Assembly: GCA_050014255.1 (NCBI GenBank)
Contig: JBEKDR010000003.1
Coordinates: 20,497 to 84,496 of the forward strand
Reading direction: 5' to 3'
From: Bacteroidales bacterium
GTDB taxonomy: Bacteria > Bacteroidota > Bacteroidia > Bacteroidales > VadinHA17
Length of the DNA: 64,000 nucleotides
Shown: positions 57,812 through 64,000 of the stretch, piece after piece
Layout: every line of letters starts with the position of its first letter
How positions within the stretch are numbered: position 1 is the stretch's first letter
The notes under the pieces: generated by a model
Database searches by the model: none
Told to the model about the DNA's origin: nothing
The model's input: the letters and a program-made list of their open reading frames with translations, nothing else
Translations under genes and position numbers: made by a program

Positions 57812-58762
57812 ATGAAACAAAAGATATATATTCTCGGATTGATTACAACCATGATTCTTTCCACCGGGATAATATTAAAAGTGAACCATTGGGCGGGAGC
57901 AGGAATTTTGATGGCTGCAGGATTTTTGATCCTGGTCCTGATATTTTTTCCTGCAGCGTTGATAAATAATTACAAGGCTGAAGGCAATACTCAGAACAGG
58001 TTACTTTATATAGTAACATACATTACTTGTTTTGTTGTCTTCACAGGAATGCTTTTTAAAATACAGCACTGGCCAAATGCGGGAATAGCACTTCTTATTG
58101 CCCTTCCTTTTCCATATATTGTATTTCTTCCAGTTTTTCTGGTTGTTACATCGAAGAATAAGAATTTCAATATCTACAATACGATCTTTGTCTTGCTTCT
58201 GCTTGCATTGAATTCGGTGTTCTCGGCACTTCTTTCATTAAATGTATCAAAAGAAACCATTGATGACAGTTATAACCTATCATGGAATTATAACAAATTA
58301 GAAGCCTCCGCCGCTCAACTCCCGATAATTGTCAATGGATCAGCAGTTGATATGAAAATTGATGAAATAATTAAGATCTCGAATAACTATCAGGATCTGA
58401 TATTAAAACATGAAGGAATGACCCGTGAACAGTGGAAGAAAAATCCGGGGAATCTGGTAAGACCTGATAATGTAAATACGGCTGCATCAATACTGGCTGA
58501 CAACGGTGAGATGACTCCCGGGATGAAGCTCGACAAGGCCATCACTGAGCTTATTGATCTGATGAAGCAAACCAAAGGCTTTGAAGATGCGGCCAAAGCT
58601 CTGCCTTCAATCATGGATCTTAATGAAGAAAAAGAGAAGGATGACGCTTTGAATTTCTATAGCAGGAATATCTTTGTTCCTCTTTCCTGGGCCCTTATTT
58701 ACCTCGATGGTCTTGAAGCAAACCTTTATATGATAAAAGCGTCTGCGCCTGCAGTCAATTAA
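57812..58762 (+). CDS. Paralogous polytopic protein: two GldL-like KxxHW hairpins, a 5th TM, and a GldM-N-like extracytoplasmic domain
   Basis: IILKVNHWAGAG and MLFKIQHWPNAG hairpins. TM ...LLLLALNSVFSALLSL is followed by NVSKETIDDSY, which resembles the GldM/PorM ..ALNVSKEV.. junction. Confidence 0.6.
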   Translation: MKQKIYILGLITTMILSTGIILKVNHWAGAGILMAAGFLILVLIFFPAALINNYKAEGNTQNRLLYIVTYITCFVVFTGMLFKIQHWPNAGIALLIALPFPYIVFLPVFLVVTSKNKNFNIYNTIFVLLLLALNSVFSALLSLNVSKETIDDSYNLSWNYNKLEASAAQLPIIVNGSAVDMKIDEIIKISNNYQDLILKHEGMTREQWKKNPGNLVRPDNVNTAASILADNGEMTPGMKLDKAITELIDLMKQTKGFEDAAKALPSIMDLNEEKEKDDALNFYSRNIFVPLSWALIYLDGLEANLYMIKASAPAVN

Positions 58763-58933
58763 TGCCAGTTAATTGATCTGAAGAACTAGGGATATACTTA
58801 CTGTGTGTCCCTATTTTCATTTTGATACATACCCGAAATTCAGCCTTCTGTCGGTAAATCCTCCCAATACTTCTATTAAGTTTTCACAGGGTTCTGTCTC
58901 CCTATACATTTATCCCAAAATCTAAAAAGGTTT

Positions 58934-60262
58934 ATGAGAAAATTGATTTTAATATTAGGTTTTGGGGTGATTGCAGGGATATGCCAGGGAATGTCTTTAA
59001 ATGAACAGCAGGATTCTGTGTGGACTCTCCAAAAATGTATTGAACATGCTTTGACCAATAATATACAGGTAAGAAAAACCCAGCTTACAAACAAACAAAA
59101 CATGGTAAACGCCGAAGAAGCTAAAGCACAACGGTTCCCTTCGGCTAACGCTTCAGTCAATCAGAATTTCAACTGGGCCAGAAGCACAGCGACCGGAGAA
59201 TCCGGTCTAACTGGTAGCAATGGTTCAAATTATTCAGTGAATTCGGGAATCACAATTTTTAATGCATCGAGGCTTACAGCCCTTATAAAGCAGTCAGAGC
59301 TGAACATTGAAAGCGGAAACTACTCGCTTGAGACCACTAAAGAATCAATAAGCCTGAGTATTCTCGACGCATATCTTCAAATACTATATGCTGAAGAACA
59401 GGTAAGAAACAGTGAGAAGCAACTGGAATCTTCAACCAGTGAGCTTAATCTTGCTGAAGAGCGACTGACACTTCAGGCTATCTCCAAAACCGATTATGCC
59501 CAGGTAAAATCACAGGTGGCAACCGAGAAGCTTACCCTTGCTAATTCACAAAGTCAGCTCGTAATTGCCAAAGTGACTCTCGAGCAATTTATGGAACTCC
59601 CCGTCGCGGATAATTTTGAAATCGCACATCCCGATCTGAGTGAGTCTTTAAATCAGAACAGGGCGCCTGATGTTAAATTAGTTTATGAAACAGCACTGGC
59701 CATAAAACCACAGATAAAAAATGCTGCCGTCAATAAGGAAATTGCTTCACTCGATGAGAAAGTTGCACGATCAGGTCTGTTCCCCATACTTACTGCCAGT
59801 GCCGGAATCACTTCAGGATTTACAAGTCTGAGCAATGAATCTTACTTTGGCCAGTTAAACAGCGGAATTTATCCTTCCGCCGGATTCTCGCTTTCCATTC
59901 CAATTTATCAGAAGAAGCAGGTCAGGACCAGTATTGCGCTTGCTAAAATCGGTTATCAGAATGCTGAGCTGAGTGAATTTGATTCAAAGAACACTCTAAG
60001 GAAAAGCATCGAACAAGCATGTGTCGATGTAAGGTCGGCTCAGATCAAATATGAAGCCAGCAAAGAGAATTACAGTGCAACACTTGAAGCTTCACTCCTT
60101 TCAGATGAAAAATTTGCACAGGGAGTCATTAACTCAGTTGATTACCTGGTTTCAAAAACGAACCTGATAGTTGCAGAAAGTGAGTTATTGCAATCAAAAT
60201 ATAACCTGATAGTCAGCTACAAAATCCTCGATTTTTATATGGGAATTCCTCTATCGCTATAA
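58934..60262 (+). CDS. TolC-family outer membrane efflux protein
   Basis: Signal peptide. Conserved start LQKCIEHALTNNIQVRK. Tandem coiled-coil repeats. 442 aa. Confidence 0.88.
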   Translation: MRKLILILGFGVIAGICQGMSLNEQQDSVWTLQKCIEHALTNNIQVRKTQLTNKQNMVNAEEAKAQRFPSANASVNQNFNWARSTATGESGLTGSNGSNYSVNSGITIFNASRLTALIKQSELNIESGNYSLETTKESISLSILDAYLQILYAEEQVRNSEKQLESSTSELNLAEERLTLQAISKTDYAQVKSQVATEKLTLANSQSQLVIAKVTLEQFMELPVADNFEIAHPDLSESLNQNRAPDVKLVYETALAIKPQIKNAAVNKEIASLDEKVARSGLFPILTASAGITSGFTSLSNESYFGQLNSGIYPSAGFSLSIPIYQKKQVRTSIALAKIGYQNAELSEFDSKNTLRKSIEQACVDVRSAQIKYEASKENYSATLEASLLSDEKFAQGVINSVDYLVSKTNLIVAESELLQSKYNLIVSYKILDFYMGIPLSL

Positions 60263-60325
60263 AAGACAAAAGACAATCCACCTTCGCCAAGGCTACGGTG
60301 GACAAAGAAAGGTAAAAGACAAAAG
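60261..60325. repeat. Short hairpin (TCCACC-N14-GGTGGA) flanked by the direct repeat AAAAGACAAAAG, between tolC and the adaptor gene
   Basis: Direct repeats at 60261-60272 and 60314-60325. Stem arms at 60277-60282 / 60297-60302. Confidence 0.7.
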
Positions 60326-60340
60326 TAAATAGATAAGATA

Positions 60341-61624
60341 ATGAAAAAGAAAATGTTAATAATTATTGCAGCTGTCTCGGTTATCGGGATTGCTGCTATA
60401 CTGGCACTGAAACCCTTTTCAAAAAAGGAAGATGCGGTTTCATTCAATACTGTTAAAGTTGAGAAGGGCAACATCAGCAACACAGTTACTGCCACAGGAA
60501 CAATTGAAGCTATAAAAACTGTTAATGTGGGCACACAGGTTTCAGGGATCATTCAGCACATATATGTTGATTTTAATGATCATGTGAAGCAGGGACAATT
60601 ACTCGCAAAACTGGATACAACACCTCTCAGGACACAACTTGATCAGAGCCAGTCCGCGGTAGATCAGGCCATGTCCCAGCTTCGTTTCGAGGAGGCCACT
60701 TATAACCGGCTAAAGGTCCTGTACGATAAGAAGCTTATCGCACAAACCGATTATGACCAGGCATTGTATAACTTCGAGAATGCAAGAGCCTCCCTGTCGA
60801 ACGCCAGATCTGGTCTGGACAGGGCAAAAGTAAACCTGGATTATGCCACCATTACTTCTCCTATCGATGGAGTGGTACTGAACAGGGCAATTGAGGAAGG
60901 ACAGACAGTTGCAGCCAGCTTCAGCACCCCGACGCTCTTTACCATAGTGAATGACCTGACACAAATGGAAGTTCAGACAAGTGTTGATGAGGCTGATATA
61001 GGAAAGGTAAATAACGGGCAACGAGTTGAGTTTACAGTTGATGCATATCCGGATCTGAAATTTGAAGGTACTGTCTCTCAGGTCAGATTGCAGCCCGTAA
61101 CTACCAACAACGTAGTTACTTATGTAGTAATACTGAATGCTCCTAATCCTGAGAAAAAGCTTATGCCGGGAATGACTGCAAGTGCTACCATTTATGTTGA
61201 AGAAAAGACAAATACTTTAATGCTTTCCGGGAAAGCAGTACGATTTACTCCCGATCAGGCTTATATGATGAAAATGTTTGCAAAAATGAAGAACAGCGGC
61301 TCGATGCCAAAGATGCCGGCAGGAGCTCCTGCAGGTGGAGCCGGAATGCCTCAGAACGCTACTTCAGGACAAACCATGCAGGGAATGCCTGCATCAGCAA
61401 TGGCGGCTATGAATACCGATCCGAAAACGAAAACGGTCTGGTTAAAAGATGATAAAATGGGTATACGTCCAAACAGGATTAAAATTGGTATAGATAACGG
61501 AACAAATGTTGAGGTCCTCTCAGGTTTGAAGGAGGGAGACGAGGTCGTTATTTCTACAGGTGATACTGAAGCTAAAAGCACGGCAAAAAAGACCGATAAT
61601 GGTCCTCCTGGATTTCCTTTTTAA
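60341..61624 (+). CDS. MacA-type periplasmic adaptor (membrane fusion) protein with an internal Met/Pro/Ala/Gly-rich segment
   Basis: VTATGTIEAIKTVNVGTQVSGII, ITSPIDGVV and the beta-barrel/MPD pattern. Low-complexity run YMMKMFAKMKNSGSMPKMPAGAPAGGAGMPQNATSGQTMQGMPASAMAAMN. Confidence 0.85.
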   Translation: MKKKMLIIIAAVSVIGIAAILALKPFSKKEDAVSFNTVKVEKGNISNTVTATGTIEAIKTVNVGTQVSGIIQHIYVDFNDHVKQGQLLAKLDTTPLRTQLDQSQSAVDQAMSQLRFEEATYNRLKVLYDKKLIAQTDYDQALYNFENARASLSNARSGLDRAKVNLDYATITSPIDGVVLNRAIEEGQTVAASFSTPTLFTIVNDLTQMEVQTSVDEADIGKVNNGQRVEFTVDAYPDLKFEGTVSQVRLQPVTTNNVVTYVVILNAPNPEKKLMPGMTASATIYVEEKTNTLMLSGKAVRFTPDQAYMMKMFAKMKNSGSMPKMPAGAPAGGAGMPQNATSGQTMQGMPASAMAAMNTDPKTKTVWLKDDKMGIRPNRIKIGIDNGTNVEVLSGLKEGDEVVISTGDTEAKSTAKKTDNGPPGFPF

Positions 61625-61658
61625 AAAGTGAGAAGCAAAGAACTTAAAAGAAAGAAAT

Positions 61659-62414
61659 ATGAAAGATGCTATCATAGAGATAAAAAGCCTGAGGAAGGAT
61701 TACCATGTCGGTGAGGTCACGGTACATGCATTGCGCGGGGTGGATCTTAAAATCCATGAAGGGGAATTTGTTGCAATCATGGGCGCCAGCGGGTCGGGTA
61801 AATCGACAATGCTTAATATCCTGGGTTGCCTTGATAAGTCAACATATGGGGACTATCTGCTGGACGGGGTTAACGTTAATACCATGAATAACGATGCTCT
61901 TGCAAGATTCCGGAATAAAAAACTGGGATTTGTATTTCAGTCGTACAACCTGTTGGCCAGGACAACTGCCCTTGAGAATGTGGAACTCCCTCTCTTTTAT
62001 AATCCTAATATCAGGTCCAGGGAGCGAAAAGAATCGGCTCTCAGGGCGCTCGAAGCTGTAGGACTTTCAGATCGTATGCATCACATGCCAAACCAGTTAT
62101 CGGGTGGCCAGCAGCAAAGAGTGGCAATAGCCCGCTCGCTGGTTAATGATCCTGTCCTTATTCTTGCAGATGAACCAACAGGAAATCTCGATACCAGGAC
62201 ATCTTTTGAAATTATGGAATTGTTCCAGGATCTGAATGAAAAGGGCAGAACAATCGTGTATGTAACTCATGAAACTGATATTGCAAGATTTGCAACACGC
62301 AATGTAACCTTTAGCGATGGTAAAATTCAGCGTGAATGTCTTGTAAGCGAACGCCTCGATGCAAGAGATATACTGAAAACCATGCCTGTGGAATTAATAG
62401 AGGAATTTGATTAA
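61659..62414 (+). CDS. MacB/LolD-type ABC transporter ATP-binding protein
   Basis: Walker [10 protein letters not shown], signature [15 protein letters not shown] and Walker [12 protein letters not shown]. Confidence 0.93.
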   Translation: MKDAIIEIKSLRKDYHVGEVTVHALRGVDLKIHEGEFVAIMGASGSGKSTMLNILGCLDKSTYGDYLLDGVNVNTMNNDALARFRNKKLGFVFQSYNLLARTTALENVELPLFYNPNIRSRERKESALRALEAVGLSDRMHHMPNQLSGGQQQRVAIARSLVNDPVLILADEPTGNLDTRTSFEIMELFQDLNEKGRTIVYVTHETDIARFATRNVTFSDGKIQRECLVSERLDARDILKTMPVELIEEFD

Positions 62415-62433
62415 TAAAGTAAATCTCAATGAA

Positions 62434-63654
62434 ATGAACTATACAAATTTATTCAGGATAGCGTTCCGGGCTCTGATAAGGAATAAGCTGAGAGCGTTTC
62501 TGACAATGCTGGGAATAATCATCGGAGTTGCTTCAGTGATCGCCATGCTGGCAATTGGCGAGGGTTCCAAACAGAAAATGAGGAAGCAGATATCCTCGAT
62601 GGGAACAAACATGGTAATGGTGATGCCTAACTTTCAGCGGAGAGGAGGCGTGAGCCTGGGAGCCTCAAGTTCAATGGCCCTTAAGTACACTGATGTACAG
62701 GCACTCAGGAACGAAGCCTCAGCTATTTCGGCAGTCTCGCCGGAAGTGGTGGCAAGCGGACAGATTATTTACAGTCACCAGAACACCCAGACAACAATAT
62801 ATGGTGTGAGCGAGGAATACCTGGGGATCAAAAAACTCGAGGTATTGAGCGGGAGATTTTTTAATGCCAATGAACTAAAAGATATGTCTAAGGTATGCAT
62901 ACTAGGGCAAACAGTCGTGACAAACCTTTTTGGGACAAAGGCAGATCCTGTAGGTCTTTCCATTCGCATAAAGAACCTTCCTTTTCTTATTGTAGGAGTC
63001 CTTAAAGAAAAAGGTGAAAGCGGAATGGGTCAGGATCAGGACGATTTGATACTCGCCCCGTATACTACAGTTCAGAGAAGGCTGGCGGCAATCGACTATA
63101 TAAACGGTATTTTTGCCTCAGCGGTAAGCGAGGAGAAGAGCCCGAAGGCTATCGCACAGGTTACAGAAATCCTGCGGAGGACTCATAAGCTGAAAGAGTC
63201 TGCTGATAATGATTTCAGGGTAATGTCACAATCAGAGCTTCTCAAAACGATTACTTCAATTACTGATATTATGACATATCTTCTTGGCGCTATTGCAGGA
63301 ATATCTTTGCTCGTCGGAGGAATTGGAATTATGAACATAATGTTTGTATCAGTGACTTAACGTACACGTGAAATCGGATTACGAATGTCAATAGGCGGAC
63401 GTGGTAAGGATATAATGAAACAGTTTCTCTCAGAGTCTATTATACTCAGCATTCTGGGAGGAGTGTTGGGAGTGCTTTTCGGCTATCTCCTGGCCAGACT
63501 GGCAGGATCGCTCATGAGCAGTCAGGCAATTGTGAAGACACAATCTGTAGTACTTGCATTCATTGTCTGTTTTGTCATTGGTGTTTTCTTCGGTTGGTAT
63601 CCTGCACGCAAGGCTGCGAATCTGAATCCGATCGATGCACTCAGGTACGAATAG
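62434..63654 (+). pseudogene. MacB/FtsX-type ABC permease interrupted by a single in-frame TAA (63358-63360)
   Basis: Track ORFs 62407..63360 and 63385..63654 are in the same frame. Read-through gives ...GIGIMNIMFVSVT*RTREIGLRMSIGG..., so the stop sits where this family has the conserved Glu of SVTERTREIG. Confidence 0.8.
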
Positions 63655-63784
63655 AGAACAGGGATCAGAAAACAGAGAACAGGCGTCAGAAAGCCGTAAA
63701 TAGTGAAAAGAGATGAAAATCGAAAAAAATTAAATCTGCTGATTTTAGGGCAATTTCATTTTATTTTGTTATACTTTTAACTTC

Positions 63785-64000
63785 ATGAAAAACTTTTTCA
63801 CAGGAAATAAAATCAAGGTTTTTCTTCATCTTCTTGCCTGGGCTATTCTCCTGGGTATTCCTCTCTATTTTATAAAAAGATGGCAGGTTGGAAAGGATTT
63901 TATCTTGCTTTATTATATAAATACAATAATCAGTGGTATAATATTTTACACAAATTACCTTGTACTAGTACCGAGATTCTTTTTCAAGAGCCGGAAACAT
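63785..64000 (+). CDS. 5' end of a membrane protein, possibly a LytS/YehU-type sensor histidine kinase; continues beyond the window
   Basis: Own translation from ATG 63785: MKNFFTGNKIKVFLHLLAWAILLGIPLYF...YTNYLVLVPRFFFKSRKH. This resembles the N-terminal TM region of Bacteroidota LytTR-partner kinases. The kinase domain itself is not in the window. Confidence 0.35.
   Translation, partial: MKNFFTGNKIKVFLHLLAWAILLGIPLYFIKRWQVGKDFILLYYINTIISGIIFYTNYLVLVPRFFFKSRKH

Noticed and set aside
63358-63360. TAA as a reassigned sense codon or programmed read-through
   Set aside because: TAA terminates many well-supported genes in this window (for example rpsP, mutB and the T9SS-CTD gene), so genome-wide reassignment is excluded. 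No read-through context or structure is evident. A nonsense mutation or a sequence error is the simpler explanation.
1-64000. tRNA, rRNA, tmRNA, RNase P or SRP RNA genes
   Set aside because: I scanned the intergenic regions by eye and found no T-loop (GGTTCGAATCC-like) or other hallmark sequences in suitable contexts. A tRNAscan or Rfam run is still needed to be certain.

Overview
The window reads as a Bacteroidota chromosomal segment. Supporting signs are a T9SS C-terminal sorting domain, TAnnTTTG-type promoter boxes, the DapL lysine route and GldL/GldM-like motifs. It is AT-rich and densely coding, and most of it is housekeeping: prfB with its programmed +1 frameshift, methylmalonyl-CoA mutase mutAB, recX-prmC, ribD, trxA-dnaE, rpsP-rimM, tsaC, dapL/lysA/dapF, membrane H+-PPase plus soluble PPase, two exbBD pairs, mutL plus two rhomboids, and two efflux operons. 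No tRNA, rRNA, CRISPR array or prophage was seen. Items worth a second look: (1) A PadR-linked pair of polytopic proteins is built from five GldL-like KxxHW hairpins plus two GldM-like TM/periplasmic stalks. That is a possible covalently fused 5:2 GldLM-type module, located next to a TolC-MacAB efflux operon. (2) An IS200/RAYT-like HUH tyrosine transposase carries a perfect 28-bp palindrome twice, once inside its own CDS and once over its stop codon. Each copy is followed by a tandem array of the right half-site, with a 24-bp in-frame period inside the gene and a 22-bp period outside. (3) A tetrahaem cytochrome c / 4x[4Fe-4S] / NrfD quinone module has no catalytic subunit nearby. (4) A secreted protein combines a collagen-like segment with a C1q domain. 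(5) A secreted TPR-caspase sits next to a beta-propeller/Y_Y_Y-SpoIIE phosphatase sensor. (6) The MacB-type permease has an in-frame TAA at a conserved Glu codon. (7) Several families of GC-rich palindromic intergenic inserts are present, some inside operons, and the 14-mer CCGCCAGCTGGCGG recurs among them. All functional calls rest on motif recognition by eye in the supplied translations. No database search was run.
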